Shown: positions 10,963-20,393 of the stretch, piece after piece
Layout: the number at the start of each line of letters is the position of its first letter
How positions within the stretch are numbered: position 1 is the stretch's first letter
Assembly: GCA_963788495.1 (NCBI GenBank)
Contig: CAWBGX010000010.1
Span: 1,076,205 to 1,140,204 of the forward strand
Direction: 5' to 3'
DNA from: an uncultured Acidobacteriota bacterium
Lineage (GTDB): Bacteria > Acidobacteriota > Terriglobia > Acidiferrales > UBA7541
Length of the DNA: 64,000 bases
Position numbers and translations under genes: made by a program
The notes under the pieces: model-generated
Seen by the model: only the letters and a program-made list of their open reading frames with translations
Told to the model about the DNA's origin: nothing
Database searches by the model: none

Positions 10963-11583
10963 CTACTGCTTCGGAAAGTTGGGGTCGGCCTTCACTTCCA
11001 GCATTTGCTTGGTATGGCGCTCGCTATGCGCGGCGATGAGCAAAATCCACTCATAGCCGTCCATCTTCATGCCCATCGGGCTATCGACGGCGTGGGCCCG
11101 CAGGTCCGGCGTGGTCTTCAAGAATTCCTCGGTCGCCGCGCGGCTCTCGAGGAAATGCTTTTCCGCCTCCGCGGGCGAGCCGAAACGATTCGTGGGCCGC
11201 AGCGGCTCGGGCGCGTCCACTTTGTGCGAGCGGTCCGGGACCATGGCGATCACCGCGTCGTCGATCTTCTTCAGTTCGACCGCGTCCCGCGCGGGAATCG
11301 CGGGAGTTTTCATCACCTGCTCTTGGGTCATGCCGCGCAGCATATCCTCCGCCGCCGCGAGGTGCTCCATGACTTCCGCCACGGACCAGCGGTCGGGTGC
11401 CGGCTTGAAATTCCATTGCGGATCGGAGAGCCCCTGGGTGGCGTCCAGAACGCCCTTCTTCGTGGATTCCAAATAGCGCAGCGCGCGATCTCTGTCGGCT
11501 GGCGATATTCCTTGCGCTGTCGCTGCCGCCGCGCTGCCAACGGCCAAGAGCAAAGCCAGCACGCCCATCGAAAATTTCTTCAT
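10963..11583 (-). CDS. DinB-family protein with signal peptide
   Basis: 'WNFKPAPDRWSVAEVMEHL' and 'HSERHTKQ' His triad. Confidence 0.9.
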   Translation of the reverse strand: MKKFSMGVLALLLAVGSAAAATAQGISPADRDRALRYLESTKKGVLDATQGLSDPQWNFKPAPDRWSVAEVMEHLAAAEDMLRGMTQEQVMKTPAIPARDAVELKKIDDAVIAMVPDRSHKVDAPEPLRPTNRFGSPAEAEKHFLESRAATEEFLKTTPDLRAHAVDSPMGMKMDGYEWILLIAAHSERHTKQMLEVKADPNFPKQ

Positions 11584-11636
11584 ACCAGCGATTTCCTTTC
11601 TTTTTGCGACGGATCCCCGGATATCCGGGCCTCCAG

Positions 11637-12468
11637 CTACGTCACCGATTCTCCCTGGGCGGCGGTGCGGGACCTTAACTCTTCCACCGTCAAGTCTTCG
11701 GTGTGCCGGGCAATGTACCAGTGGTTGCCCCACGGGTCCACTACCCCTCCGTTTCGCTCTCCATAGGATTGATCCTTGGGTTCGCTTAACGACGTCGCCC
11801 CCGCGGAAATGGCGCTGTGGTACGTTGCGTCTACATCCGGCACATAGAGATGCAGGGTTGCCAGCCTTGGCCCCCACTCGCCGTGCGCTTCGCTGCACTC
11901 CAGCATGGAGTCTCCGATTTGCACTTTGGCATGGCCGACCACGCCTTGCGGCGAGGAATGCTCGATGGTCGCGCTTGCGCCAAAAGCTTTCTCCAGGAAT
12001 CCGAGAAACTTTGCGGCATCTTTGACACTCATCCCCGGCGTGATGCTGCGCAGCCCCTCCGGCGCAAAATGCTTCCCGGACTTGTGGGTGGCAATGTACC
12101 AATGGTTGCCGGAAGGGTCTTTGATCCCGCCTTCCAGGTCGCCGTAATCCATGTCGCGCGGTTCGTAGAGCGATTGCGCTCCCGCGTTCACCGCGCGCCG
12201 GTGGACCTCGCGCGCGTCTTTCACGTAGAGGTGCAGGCCCGCCAGCATGGGCTTCCACTCGCCGCTGGCCTCGCCCATCTCCACCATGGAGTCGCCTAAT
12301 GCGCGTCGCCGCATGGCTGATCAATCCATCCTCGCGCGCGACGCGAATCGTTTCCTCCGCGTCAAAAGCCTGCTTCAAGAAATCCAGCAGCCGCGAGATT
12401 CCTCCGCAAACCAAATAAGGGGTCAGGCTATGAAATCCGTCTGGAACGTATTTTGTGCTTGGCGTCAT
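11637..12468 (-). CDS. tandem VOC/PhnB-type glyoxalase, frameshifted near 12297
   Basis: Two repeats of 'P.G..S.TP' ... 'IGDSM' ... 'LHLYV.D' ... 'DP.GNHWYIA'; the first repeat is split by one extra base (CGC ATT A GGC GAC). Confidence 0.85.
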
Positions 12469-12604
12469 GTTGTCCTCGCATCCGCCACAGCTGTCGGCCC
12501 GCGGCGGTTGTGCTTCCTTCCCCATCTTCCAGGAGTTGGTGGCGGCTGGTATTGTAAAAAAACGAAGCAGGGAATAAGTGCCGTCGCCGCTAACGGCCGC
12601 CGTG

Positions 12605-13429
12605 TTATTCGAGGATCGGAACGTGACTCAAGTGCGGAGTACAGGCGGCCACGTACGTGCTGGGATTGATGCCCGAAAACGTCCGGAAATCGTGATTAAA
12701 GTGGGCCTGGTCGTAATACCCGCAGGACAGCGCGAGCTCGGCCCAATCGATTTCCCGGCCCGCTTGAATCACGCGCAGCACTTTTTGAAAGCGGCGCACC
12801 CGGCAAAACAATTTGGGCGTCAGTCCCACTTCTTTTGCGAACACATCGGCGAAGCGCCGCGCGCTCAGTCCGATCTGGTCGGTCACTCCGCGGATGGTCT
12901 TCCCCGCTGGCGCCGCCTGGAACTCTTTCAACGCGAAAGCCACCGCCGGATGCTTGTCAAATCCGCGCCACGCCCTGGCGAGCAAGGCGCGCTCCAGGAT
13001 CTCAAACGTCTCGGTCTCCGTCCGGGCACCCAGCAAGCGCTCTCGCAATTCCCGGGCAAAAGATCCCCACAGATCCTCCAGCGGCACGTGCAGGTTATGG
13101 GTCTCGCTCGGCGGCACGCCCAGGAACGGGAATGCACCGCCCGGACGAAACTGCACGCCCACGACATCGGCCTGCTCTTCGGTATCGATCACGAAGTTCT
13201 CGGTATGCACGCCGCAGACAATCGTGCCAGGCATGGTGCGGCATTTTTCCAGATGGATGCGATCGTACGTGCGGGTCACATCCTCGCGAAGATTGATCAC
13301 CAGCGCCACCGACCCATCGGGCATGAGCCGTTCCTTTTGGCCGCCGTGGGCGGGCTGGTAGGAGCGGTACAGCCACAGCAGCTGCACGAAGGAACCGAGC
13401 GGTGGTCCGGGTACGTGGTGACGAAACAT
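12605..13429 (-). CDS. AraC-family transcriptional regulator
   Basis: C-terminal 'VGLTPK..RVRRFQ' and 'LALSCGYYDQAHFNHDFRTFSGINP'. Confidence 0.93.
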   Translation of the reverse strand: MFRHHVPGPPLGSFVQLLWLYRSYQPAHGGQKERLMPDGSVALVINLREDVTRTYDRIHLEKCRTMPGTIVCGVHTENFVIDTEEQADVVGVQFRPGGAFPFLGVPPSETHNLHVPLEDLWGSFARELRERLLGARTETETFEILERALLARAWRGFDKHPAVAFALKEFQAAPAGKTIRGVTDQIGLSARRFADVFAKEVGLTPKLFCRVRRFQKVLRVIQAGREIDWAELALSCGYYDQAHFNHDFRTFSGINPSTYVAACTPHLSHVPILE

Positions 13430-13545
13430 GATCCTGATCCTGCCAGCAGCTTAGCGCACCGCCCCGGAGGGCGAAATACCTCTGTTGGCGACTTGGCTCG
13501 CGCGGGCCACAATCGATAGATTCCCGTCCCGCGCTTTCCAGGGTG

Positions 13546-13554
13546 TGCTATACT
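13546..13554 (+). promoter_or_regulatory. extended -10 promoter (TGcTATACT) of the DEAD-box helicase gene
   Basis: Matches TGnTATAAT about 195 nt upstream of the ATG. Confidence 0.55.
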
Positions 13555-13750
13555 GACCTTGCGCTTAATACCGCGGTTGTGTAGTGCGGCTGCTCTGGGA
13601 TAAATAAGTAGTTGATCTGAGAATACCCGCCTCCAGTTTCCTCCGTAAGTCTTCGGCGTAATCTAACTAAGCCTGGCAATGCCATTTGCCGAGCCCGCTC
13701 GCAAGTTTGTGTGCGCGCCGCAATGAGCTCAGCCAGCAAGAAAGCAACGA

Positions 13751-14986
13751 ATGCAAAGTTTTTCAGAATTACCAGTCTCTCCTTATATGAAGGAGCGCCT
13801 GGCAGCAGCTCATTTTTCCATCCCTACCCCGGTTCAGGCTGCGGCGATTCCCCAGGCACTCGAAGGTAAAGACGTGCTGGCGACGGCGCAGACCGGCACG
13901 GGCAAGACCCTGGCGTTCCTGATCCCGGTGATCGAGCGCCTGCTGCAGCAAGCCACACCCGGCATTGCGGCGCTGGTTCTCGTTCCTACCCGCGAACTGG
14001 CCATGCAGGTGGTGGAGCAGTACAACGCGCTTCGCGGCAGGCAACTGGTGCCGGCGGCGCTGGTCGTTGGTGGCCTGGCCGAAGGCGCGCAGCTCAGCGC
14101 CATTCGCAAGGGCGCTCGCTTGATCGTCGCCACCCCGGGCCGTTTGGAGGATTTCCTCGACCGCAAGCTGTTCAACTTCCGCGATCTACGGATCCTGATT
14201 CTTGACGAAGCCGACCGCATGCTGGACATGGGATTTCTTCCCGCGATTCGCCGAATTGCAGCCATCCTGCCGAAAGAACGCCAGACCATGTGCTTCTCGG
14301 CTACCCTCGAATCCTCGGTCGTACATCTCGTGAAGGACTATATGCGGAACCCGGTGCGCCTGGCGTTCGGTTCCGTGCTCAAGCCTTCCGAAAACGTGCG
14401 CATGCAGGCCTTCGAGGTCTCCCTGGATCGCAAACAGGAAATGCTGAATGGCCTGTTGGCCAAGGAAACCGGGCGCTGCCTGGTTTTTGCCCGCACCAAG
14501 CGCGCCACCGACCGCATCGCCAAGAATCTGAACCGCGACGGCTTTTCCGCCGCCATGATTCACGGCGACCGCTCGCAGTCTCAGCGTACCGCAGCCCTCA
14601 CGGGCTTCCAGCAAGGCCGCTACCGCGTTTTGGTGGCAACCGACCTGGCCTCTCGCGGCATTCACGTCCAGGACATCGCCCATGTCATCAATTTCGATCT
14701 CCCGGAACTCGCGGAGAACTTCATCCATCGCGTCGGCCGCACCGGCCGCGCCGGCAAACACGGCGTCGCTTCCACGCTGTTCGTCAGGGAGCAACGTTCG
14801 GAGCTCTTTCAACTGGAGCGCACCCTGGGCATTCGCATCGAAAGGCCGCGAGCGGACGAAACTCCGTCCCGCGTTTCTTCCGAAACGCCGATGCGCAAGA
14901 GGGAAGAGGCCGTCCGGCCTGAATCGGCAGCCAAGTCCACGCTGGTTCGGCTTCCCGGCGAGGTCCTTCAAGTCCAGCTAGACTAG
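13751..14986 (+). CDS. DEAD-box RNA helicase (RhlE-like)
   Basis: Q motif, AQTGTGKT, PTRELA, TPGRL, DEAD, SAT, HRVGRTGRAG. Confidence 0.97.
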   Translation: MQSFSELPVSPYMKERLAAAHFSIPTPVQAAAIPQALEGKDVLATAQTGTGKTLAFLIPVIERLLQQATPGIAALVLVPTRELAMQVVEQYNALRGRQLVPAALVVGGLAEGAQLSAIRKGARLIVATPGRLEDFLDRKLFNFRDLRILILDEADRMLDMGFLPAIRRIAAILPKERQTMCFSATLESSVVHLVKDYMRNPVRLAFGSVLKPSENVRMQAFEVSLDRKQEMLNGLLAKETGRCLVFARTKRATDRIAKNLNRDGFSAAMIHGDRSQSQRTAALTGFQQGRYRVLVATDLASRGIHVQDIAHVINFDLPELAENFIHRVGRTGRAGKHGVASTLFVREQRSELFQLERTLGIRIERPRADETPSRVSSETPMRKREEAVRPESAAKSTLVRLPGEVLQVQLD

Positions 14987-15002
14987 TTGGTCGCCCAGCC
15001 CG

Positions 15003-15028
15003 GTAGGGGCGCAGCACTGCTGCGCCCC
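15003..15028 (+). repeat. GTAG-type REP-like palindrome
   Basis: GTAG overlapping GGGGCGCAGCA-C-TGCTGCGCCCC just after a stop codon. Confidence 0.65.
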
Positions 15029-15165
15029 AAATCGGCAAGATGCAGACCGCTCGTTTGCCCGCATCCGCGAATGCGGAATGTTTTTCCCGACCAGCCGCTA
15101 TTCGACAATCCAAAAAACGTGTATTTTCAGAGCCAGATTACTCATCCTTTTGGGACGAGAACACT

Positions 15166-16023
15166 TTGGAACCCATCTCGCACTTCTTCTATTCCGATCG
15201 CTTGAAGCTCCAGTTCTGGGACTACGGCCAGGATCACAAGCCGGCTCTCGTGCTGGTCCACGGCGCACTGGACCACGCCCGCAACTGGGATTGGGTGGCT
15301 CGCTCCTTCCGTGAGAACTACCACGTCTACGCCCTGGACCTGCGCGGCCACGGCAACAGCGCCTGGGCGCCCGGCGCCGCTTACACGGTGGCGGAGCACG
15401 TCCTCGATCTTTCGGCCTTGCTCGACGTCATCGACGATTTTCCGATCCGCATCGTGGGACATTCCCTGGGTGGCGTGATCACGCTGCACTACGCCGGTGT
15501 CTACCCCCAGCGCGTACAAAAAGCGGTGTCCATCGAGGGCCTGGGCTTCCCGCCGGAGCATCGCGTCCACGGTCCCGCATCGCAGCGCGCCCGCCACTGG
15601 ATCGAAGAGGTCCGCGACCTGGAAAAGCGCCGCCCCAAGAGCTATCCCAGCCTGGACGCGGCCATGGCTCGCATGAAGGCAGCCAATCCCCGCCTTTCCG
15701 ACGAAGTGGCGCGCCATCTGACGTTGCACGGCACGAATTGGGAATCCGACGGCTCCCTGCTCTGGAAGTTCGACAATTACGCCCGCGCCGTATCTCCCTA
15801 CGGGCATCACCTGGAAGACGCCGTCGAGCTGTTCAGCCAAATCACTTGCCCTACGCTGTTTTTCTGGGGCCTGGCCAGCTTCTTGCCCGTGCCAGAAGCC
15901 GATCCGCGCTGGACAGCCATCCGCAACCGCCGCATGGTGCAAGTCCCCGACGCCGGACACTGGGTACATCATGACCAACTGGCTCTGTTCCTCCGAGAAA
16001 CATCAGCCTTCCTGGACGGGTGA
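15166..16023 (+). CDS. alpha/beta hydrolase
   Basis: LVHG, DLRGHG, GHSLGG nucleophile elbow, AGHWVHH; probable TTG start. Confidence 0.92.
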   Translation: MEPISHFFYSDRLKLQFWDYGQDHKPALVLVHGALDHARNWDWVARSFRENYHVYALDLRGHGNSAWAPGAAYTVAEHVLDLSALLDVIDDFPIRIVGHSLGGVITLHYAGVYPQRVQKAVSIEGLGFPPEHRVHGPASQRARHWIEEVRDLEKRRPKSYPSLDAAMARMKAANPRLSDEVARHLTLHGTNWESDGSLLWKFDNYARAVSPYGHHLEDAVELFSQITCPTLFFWGLASFLPVPEADPRWTAIRNRRMVQVPDAGHWVHHDQLALFLRETSAFLDG

Positions 16024-16103
16024 TCCAGCGTTCTCTTGCCTCGGGCCACGCGCGAGCATCAAAGCCGATGAAATTCCACGCGTTCTCGGGTAGGATTCCG
16101 CCC

Positions 16104-16952
16104 ATGCCTGCCAACTCTTTTTCGCGCCGCTCCTTCCTGGCTCTTTCCGCGACGCTTCCTTGGGCGCTGCGCACCCGCGCTGCCGCTTCGATTCCCATGG
16201 GCCTGGAACTCTTTTCCGTCCGCGAGGCTTTGAAAGAGAACCTCGAAGGCACGGTCCGTGCCGTCGCGCGCATGGGCTACCAGGGCGTGGAATTCTACGC
16301 CCCTTACTTCGAGTGGACCGAGGCCCAAACCAAGCAGATGCGCAAGCTCCTGGACGACCTCGGCATCCGCTGCTTCTCGACCCACAACGACAGCGCCTAC
16401 CTGGAGAAGGACAAGATCAACCGCGCTCGCGACATGAATCTCATCCTCGGCAGCAAGTACGTCGTGGTGGCCTCCGCGAAACCCGCCGCGGGCCCCGATG
16501 GCTGGATGGCCGTCGCCGACCTCTTGAATTCCGCTGCCGAACAACTGGAACCGTCTGGCCTGAAAGCGGGCTACCACAACCATGAGGCCGAGTTCATTCC
16601 AGTCGCCGGCCGCCGCCCGATGGAAATCCTGGCAAAGAACACCAAGCCGTCGGTGATGCTCCAGCTGGATGTCGGGACCTGCCTCGAGGCGGCATCGGAC
16701 CCGGTGGCGTGGATTCGCGCCAACCCCGGCCGTATCCACTCGCTGCACTGCAAGGATTGGTCGCCCGATGCCGGAAAGGGCTACAAGGTTTTGTTCGGCG
16801 AAGGCGAAGCCAATTGGAAAAACATCTTCGCAGCGGCCGAAAGCGTGGGCGGCGTGGAGTACTACCTCATGGAGCAGGAAGGCAGCAGGTTTTCCGAACT
16901 GGACACCGCTCGAAAGTGCCTCGACTCTTTCCGTTCCATGCGCCCAGCCTGA
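16104..16952 (+). CDS. Tat-exported sugar phosphate isomerase/epimerase (AP-endonuclease-2 TIM barrel)
   Basis: SRRSFL Tat motif; YHNH, QLDVG, HCKD, EQE. Confidence 0.9.
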   Translation: MPANSFSRRSFLALSATLPWALRTRAAASIPMGLELFSVREALKENLEGTVRAVARMGYQGVEFYAPYFEWTEAQTKQMRKLLDDLGIRCFSTHNDSAYLEKDKINRARDMNLILGSKYVVVASAKPAAGPDGWMAVADLLNSAAEQLEPSGLKAGYHNHEAEFIPVAGRRPMEILAKNTKPSVMLQLDVGTCLEAASDPVAWIRANPGRIHSLHCKDWSPDAGKGYKVLFGEGEANWKNIFAAAESVGGVEYYLMEQEGSRFSELDTARKCLDSFRSMRPA

Positions 16953-17011
16953 GGCAATATCAATTTCCGAGAATTTGCGAGCTTCTAGAAATCGTTCCAG
17001 TGCCGGATCTT

Positions 17012-17066
17012 TAAAAGGGAGGAAAGAGCGCCGCGCAACTGCCAGGGGACAAATTACACGGCGCTC
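17012..17066 (-). terminator. minus-strand terminator-like hairpin
   Basis: GAGCGCCGTGTAA...TTGCGCGGCGCTC followed by TTTCCTCCCTTTT; stem mismatches form G-U pairs only on the minus strand. Confidence 0.55.
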
Positions 17067-17473
17067 AGGGGGTGTTGGCAGGATGACTGTGGGTTCGCTG
17101 AGGCACTACAGTTAGAGGAGCCTGTCTGCGAGCCGTCGGCGCGTTTCGCTCCTGCGCTGCGCCGGCCTGCCGCAAAATTGTTTGCAAAGTTTGCTTGTAA
17201 CGCCATCTTCGTTTCGTCGCGCACACCGATTTCTCAACCCGCAGTTACCTGCTTTCGGTTGCGCCTTTCCAAATCACTTCATCAGCGACACTTACAACTG
17301 CAGGGATCGTGCCAAACTCCGGTTTCCCCAACCTCCTCTTTTTCTTTGTCTTGCGCGGGAGCATGGCGCCGGGCCTTGCGTCAAGCCGGGAAACTGTCTC
17401 CCGGTGGAACAGCGGCAGTCCGGCGCAGGAGTCTCCGCCAAGACGGAATCCAGGGGATGCCCTGGCCGCGATG

Positions 17474-18904
17474 TCAGGCCGCCGCTCCACCGGATTTCTC
17501 TTGAGACCGGCCATCCTCGCCGTCGCGCTTCAAATAGCGGTACAAACTGGTTCGCCCAATGCCCAGGATCTGCGCGGCCCGCAAACGGTTGCCCTGGCAC
17601 ATGTTCAGCACCCGCTGGATATGTACTTTGCGAACCTCGTCCAGCGACAGCGGCCGCCACTCATCGCCCTCCGCTGTGCGGGGTCCGCGGTGCTGCAGCT
17701 GCTCCGGCAGGTCCGCCAAGTCGATAAAGTCGCCGGTCGCGGTGATGCACGCGCTGGAAATTACATTCTCCAATTCGCGCACGTTGCCCGGCCAAGGGTG
17801 TTGCAACAGCGCCGCTTGTGCCCGCCGGGTCAGCCCGGAGATCTGCTTCCCGTACGCCTCGTTGTATTTCTTTAGAAAAAACTGCACCAGCAGCGCGATG
17901 TCTTCCAGCCGCTCCGCCAGCGATGGGATGCGGATCTGGATGGAGCTCAGCCGGTAAAACAGGTCCTCGCGAAAGCGCCCCGCCAGCACTTCCGCGCGCA
18001 GATCCCGGTTGGTGGCGGCGATCAAACGCACGTTGACCTGCTTCACTTCCGGCGAGCCCACCCGCTGTATTTCACGGTTTTGAATTACCCGCAGCAGCTT
18101 GGCCTGCATGGCCAGCGAGGTTTCGCCCACCTCGTCCAGAAAAACCGTGCCCCCGTTGGCGTACTCGAAAAGGCCGGGTCGCGTTTCCGTGGCCCCGGTG
18201 AATGCCCCGCGCAGGTGCCCGAACAATTGACTCTCCAGCAGCGTATCCACCAGCGCGGAGCAATTGCACACCGCCAGCCGCTGCTGGCTTACCGGGCTGA
18301 TTTGGTGAATGGCCCGCGCCACCAGCTCTTTTCCCGTGCCCGTGGGACCCACGATCAGGACATTGCTGTAGTGCTTGGCCACCTTGCGCGCGAAGTCGAA
18401 AACCTCCAGCATCGCCGGACTCTTGCCCACGATCCCGTGAAACTCCAGGTCTTTCAGCAGTTGCTCTTCGAGCGCGCGCACCCGCCGCCGCTGGTCGTAC
18501 AAGGCCGCCACTTCGTCCAGCGTTTTCTTCAACCGCAGGTGGTCGATGGGTTTCGGCAGAAAGTCGGTGGCGCCCCGGCGGATGGCCTCCAGCGCCGATT
18601 CCAGCGTATACTCCCGGCTCATCACGATGACGTGCACGCCCGGATCGCACTGCAGCGCGCGGTCGAGAAACTCGTACCCGCTCAATCCCGGCATGTGCAC
18701 CTCTGCCAGGACCAGGCGGCAGTGTCCGGATCTCACCATCTTCAGCGCTTCTTCAGGATTGGCAGTTGGTATGGGCTCGTAGCCCATCTCGGTAACCAGC
18801 GTCGACAGGCTGTCGAGCAGTTCGGGATCATCATCGAGGATACAAGGAGTCAGTGAACTCTTGGGAGCGCTGACTTCCAGGGTTTTGGAATACGCATGGG
18901 CCAT
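17474..18904 (-). CDS. sigma54-dependent NtrC-family activator (REC-AAA+-Fis HTH) with atypical receiver
   Basis: [41 protein letters not shown]; receiver reads 'LVLAEVHMP'. Confidence 0.95.
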   Translation of the reverse strand: MAHAYSKTLEVSAPKSSLTPCILDDDPELLDSLSTLVTEMGYEPIPTANPEEALKMVRSGHCRLVLAEVHMPGLSGYEFLDRALQCDPGVHVIVMSREYTLESALEAIRRGATDFLPKPIDHLRLKKTLDEVAALYDQRRRVRALEEQLLKDLEFHGIVGKSPAMLEVFDFARKVAKHYSNVLIVGPTGTGKELVARAIHQISPVSQQRLAVCNCSALVDTLLESQLFGHLRGAFTGATETRPGLFEYANGGTVFLDEVGETSLAMQAKLLRVIQNREIQRVGSPEVKQVNVRLIAATNRDLRAEVLAGRFREDLFYRLSSIQIRIPSLAERLEDIALLVQFFLKKYNEAYGKQISGLTRRAQAALLQHPWPGNVRELENVISSACITATGDFIDLADLPEQLQHRGPRTAEGDEWRPLSLDEVRKVHIQRVLNMCQGNRLRAAQILGIGRTSLYRYLKRDGEDGRSQEKSGGAAA

Positions 18905-18916
18905 GCCACATCTATC

Positions 18917-18931
18917 GCAACGCGTGGGCCA
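18917..18931 (-). promoter_or_regulatory. sigma54 -24/-12 promoter of the activator gene
   Basis: TGGCCCACGCGTTGC with exact GG-N10-GC spacing; predicted +1 falls at or next to the ATG at 18904. Confidence 0.6.
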
Positions 18932-19178
18932 CCCTCGCACCAATTCGTTTCAAATCGGCGAGGAAAGAATCATCGCTCGATGGATGGTCCGCAAAGTCTC
19001 TAAGCCATGGCGAATCAGCGCTCTGCCGCCACTGGGCAAACTCCCGCAACCCCATGCGCATCGACGAGTCCTTGCGCATCCCATTTCTCAGGGCCTCTCC
19101 TGCACCCAATTCGGACCGCCGTGTGCCGTTTCGGTGTTTCACGTGCCCGGCACACCGCAGCAGACCATCTTTAGTTTG

Positions 19179-19496
19179 TTAATTTATTGTCGGACTGCCC
19201 TCGTTTATGCGTGGACCAGCGGGATGCAACCGAAATTGTTGCTGACCGTTTGGCGCTGCGGATACAAATTCCGCCTCGTACGCCACTGGAAGGGATCGGT
19301 CCGGGCCCAGGGGTTGCAGTAGCCGCAAAAACACTACCGCACCATCCAGAACCTTATGGCTCAAAGCCACCTGTTTGCCGGAATGCTCGTTCCATTCTAG
19401 TTCGGCCTTCTCCACAAAAAAGGTGTGGTGCAAATCCCATCCGGACACCTCGACGCGGTACCGGCTGACGATGGGATAGCACTCGGACGAAATCAT
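19179..19496 (-). CDS. small hypothetical protein, degenerate PilZ-like
   Basis: GGAGG SD; 'RVEVSGWDLHHTFFVEK' resembles 'LQVTGVDALGRPFVER' of the 2786..5623 protein. Confidence 0.6.
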   Translation of the reverse strand: MISSECYPIVSRYRVEVSGWDLHHTFFVEKAELEWNEHSGKQVALSHKVLDGAVVFLRLLQPLGPDRSLPVAYEAEFVSAAPNGQQQFRLHPAGPRINEGSPTIN

Positions 19497-19518
19497 GCGT
19501 GGCCTCCGCGGATGCACA

Positions 19519-19534
19519 TGCAGCCGAAAGGCCA
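19519..19534 (-). promoter_or_regulatory. sigma54 -24/-12 promoter of the small gene
   Basis: TGGCCTTTCGGCTGCA with GG-N10-GC spacing, just upstream of the SD; AT-rich tract upstream. Confidence 0.55.
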
Positions 19535-19646
19535 AGCCTCTCATCGATATGTGTAAGAAAATAAGTGCATTACCCGAGCCGGCGGGGCCTGATAGTGGGC
19601 CCGGACGAAACACCGAAGGGACAGCTGTGCCCAACTGAACCACTGC

Positions 19647-20321
19647 CTAGAAATGGCTTCGCAGCAGCAAATCGGTGGCGAAATTCTCCACCGGCGCATA
19701 AACATACCGGAACACCAGCAACCCTAACAGCAGACCCAGCCTCGCGTAACTGCTTCCGCGCAGCCAGTCCAGGTAGCGCTGCGCGGTGCCTTCACTCATG
19801 AACAGCATGATCACGCCGCTCCCGTCCAGCGGCGGCACCGGCAGCAAATTAAAGGTCCCCAGCAGCAGGTTCAGCGAGAAAAAAACCAGCAAAATGGTCA
19901 TCGCGAAGTCCGGCCGGTGGGTGATCGGGTCCACATGCAAAAAGCCCGCCGACATCCCCACGCGCAAGCCGATCACGGCGAGCAGCATCAAAGAGTAGTT
20001 TGCCGCCGGGCCCGCCAAGGCCATCAACGCCGCCCGGCGCGGATGGCGTCGCTCCCATAGCGGATCGAACGGCGCGCTGGCCCACCCGATCATGCTCTGC
20101 GTAAACAGAAACGCCAGGATCGGAATGACCACCATGCCCCAAGGCTCTCGCTGAATGTGCGGCACCGGATTCAGCGTGACCTGCCCGCCCGACGCCGCGG
20201 TGCTGTCGCCTCCCAGTTTGGCCACCAACGCGTGGGCCGCTTCGTGGCAAGTGGTCGAAAACAGAAACGCCACGTAGGTGATGAAACCGAATACCAGCAG
20301 TTCCGGAGAGAAGTCAGGCAT
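19647..20321 (-). CDS. site-2 protease (M50 family)
   Basis: HEAAH, LAGPAAN and FNLLPVPPLDG motifs within TM helices. Confidence 0.95.
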   Translation of the reverse strand: MPDFSPELLVFGFITYVAFLFSTTCHEAAHALVAKLGGDSTAASGGQVTLNPVPHIQREPWGMVVIPILAFLFTQSMIGWASAPFDPLWERRHPRRAALMALAGPAANYSLMLLAVIGLRVGMSAGFLHVDPITHRPDFAMTILLVFFSLNLLLGTFNLLPVPPLDGSGVIMLFMSEGTAQRYLDWLRGSSYARLGLLLGLLVFRYVYAPVENFATDLLLRSHF

Positions 20322-20393
20322 GGACGTAAAAGCGTAGAGGTTCCCGCCCGCATTTGCAAGCGCGCTCGGAAAAACCCGCGCCCTTGGAACTCT

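Noticed and set aside
10963-12525. 520-aa VOC-DinB fusion in the ORF track
   Set aside because: Artefact of the +1 frameshift in the VOC gene; the middle is out-of-frame sequence and DinB has its own start and signal peptide
17270-17300. AAATCACTT...GACACTTACAA as a third copy of the AT-rich repeat
   Set aside because: Only a partial match with no G-tract; cannot be told from chance by eye
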